Assembly: GCA_963742735.1 (NCBI GenBank)
Contig: CAVUMN010000004.1
Span: 704,001 to 768,000, forward strand
Source of the DNA: an uncultured Actinomycetes bacterium
Lineage (GTDB): Bacteria > Actinomycetota > UBA4738 > JBBDTT01
DNA: 64,000 nt
Reading direction: 5' to 3'
The position numbers and the translations under genes were made by a program. How positions within the stretch are numbered: position 1 is the stretch's first letter; each line of letters begins with the position of its first letter. Shown piece by piece: positions 40,184-49,639 of this stretch. The notes beneath the pieces are model-generated. The model ran no database searches, was not told the origin of the DNA, and saw nothing but the letters and a program-made list of their open reading frames with translations.

Positions 40184-40945
40184 GTGGATCGCGTCTTCCG
40201 ATGCTTCGTCGCGCTGGGCGACAGCGTGACGGAAGGGGTGGGGGACCCGCTGCCCGCGCGCCGGCTCCGCGGATGGGCGGACCGGCTGGCGGAGGGGTTG
40301 CGCACGGTCAACCCCGGCCTCGAGTACACGAAGCTCGCGGTGAAGAGCCTGACGAGCCGTGAGATCCGAGACGCACAGCTCGAGCCCGCCCTGGCGCTGG
40401 AGCCCGACCTGGCGGGAGCGATCGTCGGCATGAACGACGTGCTGAAACCCGGGTTCGACCCCGAGAACGTCCGCGAGCCGCTCGAGGACGTCGTCACGCG
40501 GCTGCAGGAGGCGGGGGCGACGGTCCTGATGGCCACCCTCCCCGACGTCACCCGGATCCTTCCGCTGCCGGAGCGGGTCAAGGCCCCGATGCGTCCCAGG
40601 CTCGAGGCGGCCAACGACGTGGTGCGCGCCATCGCGGCGGCGCATGACGCCGTGCTGGTGGACGCCAGGGACTGGCCGGAGGAGCTCCGCCGGGCCAACT
40701 GGAGCATCGACCTCCTGCACCCCAACTCCCGCGGCCACCTGCTGATCGCCCGGGCCTTCGCGGACAAGCTCGGCCTGCCCTCCGACGCCCTTCCCGAGCC
40801 GGAGCGCGTCCGGATCGTGGGCGCGGAGTCGGCCCGCCACGCCCGGTGGCTGGCCCAGGAGGTCGGCATCCCCCAGGTCCGCCGTCGGGCGGCGCGGCCG
40901 GCGGCCGCGATCGGGAAGCTGGGACGACGCCTGGGCCGTTCTTGA
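40184..40945 (+). CDS. SGNH/GDSL hydrolase
   Basis: ALGDSVTEG, GMND, DLLHPN..GH. Confidence 0.9.
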   Translation: MDRVFRCFVALGDSVTEGVGDPLPARRLRGWADRLAEGLRTVNPGLEYTKLAVKSLTSREIRDAQLEPALALEPDLAGAIVGMNDVLKPGFDPENVREPLEDVVTRLQEAGATVLMATLPDVTRILPLPERVKAPMRPRLEAANDVVRAIAAAHDAVLVDARDWPEELRRANWSIDLLHPNSRGHLLIARAFADKLGLPSDALPEPERVRIVGAESARHARWLAQEVGIPQVRRRAARPAAAIGKLGRRLGRS

Positions 40946-40975
40946 ACCGGCCTTAACCTCACGCCCCCTAGCGTC

Positions 40976-41731
40976 GTGGCCATGAAGCGTCTCCTGGCCC
41001 TGATCGTGACCGCCGCGCTGACGGCCGTCGGCTGCGCGGGCTCGGCGCCCGCCCCGGCCGAGCCCGCCGGCCGGGCCACCCCGTCTCCGGCCGCCGCCGG
41101 CCCGTCGGCGCCCGCCCGGCCGGCGAAGCCGGTCGACCCCCGGACGGGCGGGCTGGAGATCGGGCTGGCCGAGTGGGCGGTGACCCTGGAGGCGGGCGCC
41201 ATCCGTCCCGGGCGAGTTACGTTCGTGATCCACAACGGCGGCACGCGCGGCCATGGGTTCGAGATCGAGGCCGAGGGCCGCGACTCGAGCGGTCACGGCA
41301 GCGGCGGCGGATTCAAGGTCGAGGACCGGCTCTTGGAGCCCGGTCAGACGTCGCGGGTGGTCCTGGACCTCGCCCCGGGCGTCTACAAGGTCGAGTGCCT
41401 GGTCGACGGCCACGACGACCTCGGGATGGAGACCCTCCTGGAGGTCCGCCCGGACGCGCCGCTGGTTCGGCCGGTCCGCCGCGCCCCCGACGCCGTCGCC
41501 ATCGAGGGGATCGCGTTCCGCCCCGGCGAGCTCACCGTGCCCGCGGGCACCGAGGTCACGTGGACCAACCAGGACCCCACGGCGCACACCGTGAGCGCGG
41601 AGGACGACTCCTTCGACTCCGGCGTCCTGGACCCGGGCGCCTCGTTCTCCTGGACGTTCGAGACGACCGGGACCGTGACCTATCTCTGCCGGATCCATCC
41701 GGACATGCAGGGGTCGATCCGGGTCGACTAG
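40976..41731 (+). CDS. Lipoprotein with two cupredoxin domains
   Basis: Lipobox AVGC; HGF...CLVDGHDDLGM; WTNQD..AHTV...CRIHPDMQG. Confidence 0.85.
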   Translation: MAMKRLLALIVTAALTAVGCAGSAPAPAEPAGRATPSPAAAGPSAPARPAKPVDPRTGGLEIGLAEWAVTLEAGAIRPGRVTFVIHNGGTRGHGFEIEAEGRDSSGHGSGGGFKVEDRLLEPGQTSRVVLDLAPGVYKVECLVDGHDDLGMETLLEVRPDAPLVRPVRRAPDAVAIEGIAFRPGELTVPAGTEVTWTNQDPTAHTVSAEDDSFDSGVLDPGASFSWTFETTGTVTYLCRIHPDMQGSIRVD

Positions 41732-41766
41732 GCTCAGCCTTGGACCGCTCGAGGAGGAGACGTTCG

Positions 41767-42675
41767 ATGGCGCTCGGCTACGACAGGCCCCTGTACATCC
41801 TGGCTTTCGACCACCGCGGGTCGTTCAAGAAGGTGTTCGGGTTGTCCGGCGACGTGTCGCCGGAAGAGCGAGAGCGGCTCTCCGACGGCAAGATGCTGAT
41901 CTACGAGGGCGTGCAGCAGGCCCTCGCGGACGGCGCGCCCCGCGAGGCGACCGGCATCCTGGTGGACGAGGAGTTCGGCGCGGACATCCTTCGCCGGGCG
42001 AAGAAGGACGGCGTGCTCTTCGCGATGCCGGCGGAGAAGTCGGGACAGGACGAGTTCGACTTCGAGTACGGCGAGGACTTCGGTGCCCACATCGAGGAGT
42101 TCGACCCGACGTTCCTGAAGGTGCTCGTCCGCTACAACCCCGAGGGCGACGCGGAGATGAACGCGCGCCAGACCGAGCGCCTCAAGCGCCTGTCGGACTG
42201 GCTGCACGCGAACGACCGCAAGTTCCTGTTCGAGCTTCTGGTGCCGGCCGAGCCCCACCAGCTCGAGAAGGCGGGCGGGGACGAGGATCGATACGACGCG
42301 GAGATCCGCCCAGCGATGATGCTCACCGCGATCATGCAGCTGCAGCTGGCGGGCGTGGAGCCCGACATCTGGAAGATCGAGGGCATCGACGCTCGGGAGG
42401 ACTGCGAGCGGATCGCCATCCAGTGCCGCTCGCACGGGCGCGACGGCGTCGCGTGCGTCGTCCTGGGCCGGGGCGCCGACGACGACAAGGTCGCCCACTG
42501 GCTGGGAATGGGGGCGGGCATCCCGGGCTACATTGGCTTCGCGATCGGGCGCACGATCTGGAACCCGCCGCTGAAGGCGTTCCTGGCCGGCGACCTGGAC
42601 CGCCCGGCCGCCGTGAAGGCGATCGGCGACAACTACCGCAAGTTCATCGACGTGTGGGAGCAGGCGGCCTCCTAG
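41767..42675 (+). CDS. DUF2090 / 2-deoxy-5-keto-gluconate-6-P aldolase-like TIM-barrel protein
   Basis: LYILAFDHRGSF, EKSGQDEFDFEYG, KVLVRYNP, PDIWKIEG, GFAIGRTIW. Confidence 0.85.
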   Translation: MALGYDRPLYILAFDHRGSFKKVFGLSGDVSPEERERLSDGKMLIYEGVQQALADGAPREATGILVDEEFGADILRRAKKDGVLFAMPAEKSGQDEFDFEYGEDFGAHIEEFDPTFLKVLVRYNPEGDAEMNARQTERLKRLSDWLHANDRKFLFELLVPAEPHQLEKAGGDEDRYDAEIRPAMMLTAIMQLQLAGVEPDIWKIEGIDAREDCERIAIQCRSHGRDGVACVVLGRGADDDKVAHWLGMGAGIPGYIGFAIGRTIWNPPLKAFLAGDLDRPAAVKAIGDNYRKFIDVWEQAAS

Positions 42676-42694
42676 ACGAGGCCTCGCCGGATCG

Positions 42695-44565
42695 TTGACG
42701 TCGCTCCTCGACCCCGAGGACCTGCGCAGGTTCGCCCAGGGGACGCATCGCCGGATCGGCGAGAAGCTCGGCGCCCACGTGATGGAGGCCGACGGGGCGC
42801 CCGGGACCGCCTTCGCGGTCTGGGCTCCGGGAGCGGCCTCGGTGAGCGTTGCCGGCTCGTTCAACCGCTGGGACCCCGAGGCCAACCCCCTGAGCCGGGT
42901 AGCCGACTCCGGGATCTGGGAGGGGTTCGTCGCTCGCGTGGCGTCCGGCGCTCAGTACAAGTTCCATGTCGTCTCCGCGGGCGGTCCCGCCGGCGTGTTC
43001 AAGGCCGACCCCTACGCCGCCCACACCGAGGCGGCCCTCCAGGGGGCGTCGATCGTGTGGGACGAGGCGTATCGATGGGACGACGCCGCCTGGATGGCTG
43101 CGCGAGGCGTACGCCAGGCCCCGACCGCGCCCATGTCGGTCTATGAGATGCACCTGGGTTCGTGGGCCCGGGTGGGGGGGAGGGGAATCGGTCGCTCTCG
43201 TACGCCGAGCTCGCGCCGCGGCTCGTGGACCACGTTCAGCGGGCCGGGTTCACCCACGTCGAGCTGTTGCCGCCGATGGAACACCCCTTCTACGGCTCGT
43301 GGGGCTACCAGATCACGGGATACTTCGCGCCCACCAGCCGCTACGGGACGCCTCAGGACTTCAAGGCCTTCATCGACATGCTGCACGGCCGGGGGATCGG
43401 CGTGATCCTGGATTGGGTCCCCTCCCACTTTCCGGACGACCCCCACGGACTGGCTCGCTTCGACGGCGGACCCCTGTACGAGTACGCGGACCCTCGGCTG
43501 GCGATCCAGCCCGAGTGGAACAGCCTGATGTTCGACTACGCCCGCGGGGAGGTGCGGAGCTTCCTCATCTCGAGCGCCCTGCACTGGCTGAGCGAGTACC
43601 ACGCCGACGGGCTTCGGGTCGACGCGGTCACCTCGATGCTGTACCGCGACTACTTCCGAGGGGCCGGGGAGTGGGTACCCAACGCGGAGGGCGGACGGGA
43701 GAACCTCGAGGCGATCGAGTTCCTCCGAGACCTGAACGACGCGGTCTCGGCGGTTCAGCCGGAGGTGGTGATGATCGCGGAGGAGTCCACCAACCGGCCT
43801 GGCGTCACCCGCCCCAGGCGGGAGGGCGGGCTCGGATTCGGCCTCAGGTGGGACATGGGCTGGAGTCACGACACGCTCGACCTCCTCCAGCGCGATCCGG
43901 CCGAGCGACCGGCCCACCTCGGGCGCCTGGCGGTCCGTCAGGGGTACCTCCCCGGCGAACGCTCCGTGCTGGCCCTGTCCCACGACGTGGGATCACTGCT
44001 CGGCAGGATGCCCGGCGACGACCCGGAGCGGCGGGCGACCCTGCGGCTCCTCCTCGGCCTCATGTACGCGCAGCCCGGCAAGAAGCTGCTGTTCATGGGC
44101 GGGGAATTCGGTCACCCAACGGCGTGGAACCACGATGACGCGCTGGCGTGGGAGTGCCTCGACGAGCCTCGCCACGCGGGGATCCTCCGATGGGTGGGCG
44201 AGTTGAACGGTCTGTACCGCGACGAGCCCGCGCTGCACGAACGCGACGGCGGCGAATGGTTGGAGTGGATTGGCACGTCCCGCGAGGGGGTGGTCGGCTT
44301 CCTTCGCCGCGCGGAGGGTGGCCGGGTGGTGCTCGTCGCCGCGAACGTCACCCGGGAGATGCGTTCCGGATTCACGGTGAGCGTCCCGCTCGAGGGGCGA
44401 TGGCGTGTGGCCGCCAACAGCGATCGGGAGGTCTACGGGGGCGCCGGCGCACACGTCGCCGACGAGCTCGTGACCGTCTCCGCACCCGCCGACGGCCGGG
44501 ACCCGTCGTTGATGTTGGAGCTGCCCCCGCTGGCGATCCTGTTCCTGCGCCCCGAAGCGCCCTAG
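42695..44565 (+). CDS. glgB: 1,4-alpha-glucan branching enzyme, frameshift in a G-run at ~43175-43185
   Basis: [67 protein letters not shown]. Confidence 0.92.
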
Positions 44566-45377
44566 CCGCGGTAGACCGAGACCTTCGTCCCGAGGTGCAG
44601 CTTCGGCCACAGGCGGTCGATGCCGGACATCGTCACCCGGACGCAGCCGTGGCTCGCGGGATAGGGAGGGACCGACGCCGATCCGTGGATGGCGAACCCG
44701 CGCAAGTAGAAGCTCGAGCGATACATCGGCCCGACGCTGCTCTCGTACCAGCCGTCCTTCTGCAGGTAGACCTCGTAGTCGCCGGTCACCGTCATCGCCA
44801 CCTTCGTCACACCGCGGGAGACGAACGTGTAGCCGCCGCCGGTCGAGACGTCGACGATGCGCCCGATGTCGCCCTCCTGCAGCAGATACAGAACCTGGCG
44901 GGTCAGGTCCACCTCGATGGAGGTCCCCCTCCGCTTCGGATGGCGGGGCACCGGGATGATCGGGTCCGACAGCGCCCGCCGCGTGGCCCTGCCGACGACG
45001 CCGTCTCGGGGCAGGCCCTGGACCTTCTGGAACGCGACCACCGCGTGATGCGTGTCGTCGCCGAACCGCCCGTCGATTTCGCCGACGTCGTAGTCGAGGT
45101 TCGCGAGGATCCGCTGCAGGATCCGGACGCCGGGACCCTTGTTCCCCTGCTCGAAGTCGCGGTTGGGCAGGACGAGCGCGGGTGCCGGCTCGACCGACGG
45201 CGAGGGTTCGACCGGCGCGGGCGAGCTGGGACTCGCCGAGGAGGTGGGCGCGGCGACGGTGTCGGACGTGCGCTGCGTCCAGGCGAGGGCGCCGGCGCCC
45301 GCGAGGGATCCGGCGATCACGGTCGCCAACAGGATGGCGGGCCAAGCCCGCCGACGGCTCGGGGGTGCGTCGGTCAT
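44562..45377 (-). CDS. L,D-transpeptidase with peptidoglycan-binding domain
   Basis: LQRIL...DGRFG..T..AV.AFQK..GL..DGVVG; EVDLTRQ, IHGS, SHGCVR. Confidence 0.9.
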   Translation of the reverse strand: MTDAPPSRRRAWPAILLATVIAGSLAGAGALAWTQRTSDTVAAPTSSASPSSPAPVEPSPSVEPAPALVLPNRDFEQGNKGPGVRILQRILANLDYDVGEIDGRFGDDTHHAVVAFQKVQGLPRDGVVGRATRRALSDPIIPVPRHPKRRGTSIEVDLTRQVLYLLQEGDIGRIVDVSTGGGYTFVSRGVTKVAMTVTGDYEVYLQKDGWYESSVGPMYRSSFYLRGFAIHGSASVPPYPASHGCVRVTMSGIDRLWPKLHLGTKVSVYRG

Positions 45378-45442
45378 GGTCGCCCGCATTCTGCGCGGTC
45401 GAGGGGACCCGTGCCAGTAGCCATGCGTGTAACGTCCCCGCG

Positions 45443-46909
45443 ATGGCGCGTACGCAATCGGTGAACCTGCTCGACGGGGACTTCTGGGCGGCCGACCCCC
45501 TCAGCGCGCTCGACTGGATGCGCCGCCACGAGCCGGTCTACCGCGACGAGACCAGCGGGATCTGGGGGATCACCCGACACGCTGACGTCCGGACGATCGG
45601 CGCGGACCCGCGTTCGTTCTCCAGCGAGGACGGAGCCCGCCCGGACGCCCCGCACATGCCGATGATGATCGACTTCGACGACCCCGAGCACGCCCGCCGG
45701 CGGGGGCTCGTGGGACGGGGATTCACCCCTCGGCAGGTCGCGTCGCGCGAGCCGCGGATTCGCGAGATCGTCGACGACATCATCGATCGGGTGTGCGAGC
45801 GGGGAGCGGCCGACTTCGTGTGGGACCTCGCCGCGCCGCTGCCGCTCATCGTGATCGCGGAGCTTCTGGGCGTCGCGCCGGAGGACCACGCCGACCTGCT
45901 TCGGTGGTCCGACGAGATGCTCCGCGCGCTCGGCTCGCCGGACCCCGGCGCCATGGACGTGGCGACGCGCGCGTTCGGCGACTACTCGGGCTACATCTCC
46001 CGGGTCATCGACGATCGGCGACGGACCGGCGACCGCGAGGACCTGGTCGGCATCTTCGTCCACGCCGAATGGGAGGGTCAGACCCTCGACGACGACTCGC
46101 TCGTCTACGAGACCCTGAACCTGCTCATCGGCGGAGACGAGACGACGCGGCACGTGATCTCGGGGGGGATGTACGAGCTCGTGCGGAACCCGGACCAGCG
46201 CGAGCTTCTGGCCGCCGACCCCGCCCGGATCCCCACGGCGATCGAGGAGATGCTCCGGTGGGTGTCACCGATCAAGGGCATGGCTCGCACGGCCGTGCGG
46301 GAGGTGGAGGTCGGCGGACACGCCTTCCGTCCGGGCGACCGCGTGCTGCTGCTGTATCCGAGCGCCAACCGCGACCCGGACGCGTTCCCGGACCCCGACC
46401 GGTTCGACGTGGCCCGCACCCCCAACGACCACGTCGCGTTCGGGCACGGGCCGCACTTCTGCCTGGGGGCCAGCCTGGCACGGCTGGAGATGCGCGTGAT
46501 GTTCGAACGGCTGCTGGAGCGCCTGCCGGACCTCGCCTACGCGGGCGACGCCCCGCCGCCGATCCGCCGCGCCAACTTCGTGACGGGATTCGAGTCGATG
46601 CCCGTCACCTTCACGCCGTCGCGGCCCTCAACCCGGACCTGGGCGGCTCGCCACTCGAAGACCTGCGGCGGCGGTGCCGGCGGAGGCTGGTCGGCGGGCC
46701 AGTTCCGGAGGTCGAGCCCGTTCACGTCGCGGAGGAAGTCGAGCCACCAGTTGTCGTACTCGGACTCGGTGAAGGCGGCGCGGACCTTCTCCGGGTCCTC
46801 GAGCTCCCAGGTGTTCACCATGAAGCTCCCCATCGGGGTCTCCTGGAGGAACACGTTGAAGCTCGTCCACCCTCCGGCTTCCCGGTTGAGGCGCTCGAAC
46901 TCCTCCTGA
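45443..46909 (+). CDS. Cytochrome P450, CYP142-like; natural end probably ~46642
   Basis: NLLDGDF, MMIDFDDPEH, IGGDETTRH, EEMLRW, FGHGPHFCLG, ANFVTGFESMPVTFTP; ORF reads through its expected stop. Confidence 0.88.
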   Translation: MARTQSVNLLDGDFWAADPLSALDWMRRHEPVYRDETSGIWGITRHADVRTIGADPRSFSSEDGARPDAPHMPMMIDFDDPEHARRRGLVGRGFTPRQVASREPRIREIVDDIIDRVCERGAADFVWDLAAPLPLIVIAELLGVAPEDHADLLRWSDEMLRALGSPDPGAMDVATRAFGDYSGYISRVIDDRRRTGDREDLVGIFVHAEWEGQTLDDDSLVYETLNLLIGGDETTRHVISGGMYELVRNPDQRELLAADPARIPTAIEEMLRWVSPIKGMARTAVREVEVGGHAFRPGDRVLLLYPSANRDPDAFPDPDRFDVARTPNDHVAFGHGPHFCLGASLARLEMRVMFERLLERLPDLAYAGDAPPPIRRANFVTGFESMPVTFTPSRPSTRTWAARHSKTCGGGAGGGWSAGQFRRSSPFTSRRKSSHQLSYSDSVKAARTFSGSSSSQVFTMKLPIGVSWRNTLKLVHPPASRLRRSNSS

Positions 46910-46995
46910 TGCTCCGCGACCTCCTTGGCGAAGTTGCGGACCCGGTCCTCCTGGCCCGGCACGATGGGCAGTGCGACCGCTCCGAAGTGCCCCAT
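46537..46995 (-). CDS. Hypothetical protein (possible dimeric alpha-beta barrel); natural end probably ~46639
   Basis: Strong RBS GAGGAGG, typical codon bias, ALPIVPG...FLQETPMG...DVNGLDL. Confidence 0.7.
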   Translation of the reverse strand: MGHFGAVALPIVPGQEDRVRNFAKEVAEHQEEFERLNREAGGWTSFNVFLQETPMGSFMVNTWELEDPEKVRAAFTESEYDNWWLDFLRDVNGLDLRNWPADQPPPAPPPQVFEWRAAQVRVEGRDGVKVTGIDSNPVTKLARRIGGGASPA

Positions 46996-47063
46996 CACGA
47001 CCTCCTCTTGTCGGTGGACGTGACGAAGCGTATCGGCGTGCCGGGCCGGAAGGAACGGGAGCT

Positions 47064-48248
47064 CTAGGCGGTTCGACGGGCGCGGGGGGCGACGCGCCGG
47101 CGGCGGCCGCCGGAGCTGAACACCACCCGCGGGGGGACCACGATCATGCCGTCGGCCTTGAACTCGTCCTCGAGCTGAAGGCGGCTGGCCATTCGGCCGG
47201 CGTCGCCCTCCTGCTCGGGCAGGACGAAGGTCACGGCGATGCCCGACCGGCCCGCGCGGGCCGTGCGGCCCACCCGGTGCACGTAGGCCTTGTCGTCCTC
47301 GGGCGGGTCGAAGTTGACGACGTGGCCGATGCGGTCCAGGTCCAGGCCGCGCGAGGCGACGTCGGTGGCGACCATCACGCGAACGGCCCCCGAGTCGAAG
47401 CGCTTGAGCGCGCGCTCACGGGCTCCCTGCTGCATGTTTCCGTTCAGGCAGGCGGTGGCCACGCCGCGGCGACCGAGCCGTTCCGCGAGACGCTCGGCGC
47501 CCCGTTTGGTCCGGACGAACACCAGCGTGGGCCCCTCGACCTCCTTGAGCATCTCCACGAGCGCGTCGACCTTGCGATCGGCGCGAACGGCGACGAACTT
47601 GTGCTCCACCTCGTCGACCGTCTGCTTGGGCGACTCGATCTCGTGCCAGCGGGCGGCGCGGGTGTAGGACTTGGCGATGTGACCGACCGCGCCGTCGAGC
47701 GTCGCCGAGAAGAACAGGGTCTGGCGGTCGCCGGTAAGCCGGCGGACGATGCGGTCGACCTGGGGCTGGAAGCCCATGTCGAGCAGGCGGTCGGCCTCGT
47801 CGAGGACCAGGATGTTCACGTCGTCCACGGAGACCATGCGCCGCTCGAGCAGGTCCTCCATGCGACCGGGGGTGGCCACGATCACGTCGGCCTTCGCCGC
47901 GCGGTTGGCCTGCTCGCGAAGCCCGACGCCGCCGTAGACGGTGGCCACGCGGAGGCCCTTGGCCTTCGCGATCGGGCCGAACTCGTCGGCGACCTGCGTC
48001 GCGAGCTCGCGGGTGGGGACCAGGACCAGAGCTGACGGCCGGCCGGAGCTCTTCACGAGCTCCACGATCGGGATCGCGAACGCCAGGGTCTTGCCCGAGC
48101 CCGTCCGGGACTTGGCGAGCACGTCGTGGCCCGCCAGGGCGTCCGGAAGGACCATGGACTGGATGGGGAAGGCGCTCTGCACGCCGCGGCCCTCGAGGGC
48201 CTGACAGACGGCGCGGGATACGCCGAGCTCAGAGAACTGAGTGTTCAT
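47064..48248 (-). CDS. DEAD-box RNA helicase
   Basis: Q motif, RTGSGKT, PTRELA, TPGR, DEAD, SAT, SRGLD, HRVGRTAR. Confidence 0.95.
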   Translation of the reverse strand: MNTQFSELGVSRAVCQALEGRGVQSAFPIQSMVLPDALAGHDVLAKSRTGSGKTLAFAIPIVELVKSSGRPSALVLVPTRELATQVADEFGPIAKAKGLRVATVYGGVGLREQANRAAKADVIVATPGRMEDLLERRMVSVDDVNILVLDEADRLLDMGFQPQVDRIVRRLTGDRQTLFFSATLDGAVGHIAKSYTRAARWHEIESPKQTVDEVEHKFVAVRADRKVDALVEMLKEVEGPTLVFVRTKRGAERLAERLGRRGVATACLNGNMQQGARERALKRFDSGAVRVMVATDVASRGLDLDRIGHVVNFDPPEDDKAYVHRVGRTARAGRSGIAVTFVLPEQEGDAGRMASRLQLEDEFKADGMIVVPPRVVFSSGGRRRRVAPRARRTA

Positions 48249-48391
48249 TCGGTTGCACTCCTTTGCAATGGGCGGGTCAGCGCCCACGACTCGTCGAGGA
48301 TTCGCCGACCTCGACGCCATCCGAAAGGAGGAACCGTAGGAAGAAGAAGCCTCACAGGTTCGCGAAGATCGCGATCCGTGCGAAGAGCGTA
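48249..48391 (-). promoter_or_regulatory. Structured 5' leader of the DEAD-box helicase gene
   Basis: -10 TACGCT (48386-48391); three hairpins; SD AAGGAG inside TTGCA...TGCAA; upstream anti-SD CTCCTTT. Confidence 0.55.
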
Positions 48392-48512
48392 CCAGGTACC
48401 CGGGCCGTTTCCTGGGAGGCGGCGTCCCGCGCGGCCGATCCCGGGGATTTGGAGCAGGTTTTTCCGATATCCACAGAGGAGTCGGGCGGCCGCGGTCGAA
48501 CTCAACCCCCAA

Positions 48513-48604
48513 GGCCCCGGAGGCTCGCCGCGGTGCCGGATGGACGTCGCGCCAGCTGTCTAGACGCCCCTCCGGCTATGCCCGCGGTGGCGAACCCCGG
48601 GGTC
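48513..48604. other. ~92-nt imperfect long hairpin, candidate small RNA
   Basis: GGCCCCGG/CCGGGGTC, TCGCC/GGCGA, GCCGGA/TCCGGC, CGTC/GACG nested stems. Confidence 0.5.
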
Positions 48605-49049
48605 GAGTGCTGTCCGCCCTGCGCTCCAGGACGATCACCGGGATCCGGCGGGTGGTGACCCGCCGGTCGTACTCCGCGTACGCGGGGTCGGTCTCCACGG
48701 CCCGCGCCCACAGCCGCTCGCGCTCCCCGCCCTCGGCCTCGTGTCCGGTCACCGCGAAGCGCTCGCCCTTGCGGAAGAGCGTCGCCTTCGGATCGACCCG
48801 CAGGTTCCGGACCCAGTCGGGATCGGCCGGGTGTCCGGCGTTGGAGCCGACGCACACGAACGCGTCGCCGTCGGCGATGAACGGGATCGTCACGCTGCGC
48901 GGCTCCCCGGTCTTCCGGCCGGTCGTGGTCAGCATCACGATCGGCATGCCCTGGAACGTGGTGCCCACCCGGCCGCCGGTCACCCGGAACAGCCATCGGT
49001 GGAGCCGCCAGCTCGTCTCGAGCAGCTTCGTGCGTCGCACCGCCGCCAT
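48576..49049 (-). CDS. Deazaflavin (F420)-dependent nitroreductase family protein
   Basis: LTTTGRKTGEPR, GSNAG...PDWVRNLR, YAEY...RRIPVIVL. Confidence 0.9.
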   Translation of the reverse strand: MAAVRRTKLLETSWRLHRWLFRVTGGRVGTTFQGMPIVMLTTTGRKTGEPRSVTIPFIADGDAFVCVGSNAGHPADPDWVRNLRVDPKATLFRKGERFAVTGHEAEGGERERLWARAVETDPAYAEYDRRVTTRRIPVIVLERRADSTRPRGSPPRA

Positions 49050-49073
49050 CGCGGTGCAGCCTACCGCGGAGGT

Positions 49074-49487
49074 TCAGTCCCAGAGGACGACGATGATCGA
49101 GGCCAGGGTGATGCCGACGATCGCGTAGCCGGCGTTGATCGCCACCAGGTTGCGGGGCCGCTTCTCGTACATGGCGTTCAGCACGAGCTGCGCGGTCACG
49201 AACGCGATGCTCACGCCGAGACCCAGCTGGACCCCGTCGCTGAGGTCGGTCCCCCCGGTGGTCTCCTTGAGGAAGGCCAGCCCGACCGTGGTGATGAACA
49301 ACAGGACCAGCCCGCCCAGGTACGTAAGCATCGGACTGGGCGCGTTCTCGGCCGTGACGCCGGTCAGCGCCTGCCACGTCTTGCCGAAGAGCACCGGGGA
49401 GTACCACAGCGCACCCACCAGCCAGTACGCGACCGCCCCGGCGAGGATCGCCAGGTAGTTGAGGTCCTTGAAGTCCGAGAGCTCCAT
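49074..49487 (-). CDS. DUF1761 family membrane protein
   Basis: NYLAIL..A.....GALWYSPVLFGKTW, YE...L..INAGY. Confidence 0.88.
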   Translation of the reverse strand: MELSDFKDLNYLAILAGAVAYWLVGALWYSPVLFGKTWQALTGVTAENAPSPMLTYLGGLVLLFITTVGLAFLKETTGGTDLSDGVQLGLGVSIAFVTAQLVLNAMYEKRPRNLVAINAGYAIVGITLASIIVVLWD

Positions 49488-49639
49488 CCCTTCCCCCTTC
49501 CTCGGCTTGTCGGGCGGAGCTTGTCACAGGCCGCCGCGGGTTCCCAGGACCGAGGCCCGCAGGAATAGGCTTCGGGCTGCAAGAACGCCCGCGAGCTGGT
49601 CGACGCCCGGGTCGAGGTGATCTCCACGAAGCTGCCGCG

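Noticed and set aside
47035-47063. GGGCCGGAAGGAAC, resembling the SRP RNA loop
   Set aside because: It lacks the CAGG...AGCAG internal loop and the long flanking helix, and the gap is too short.
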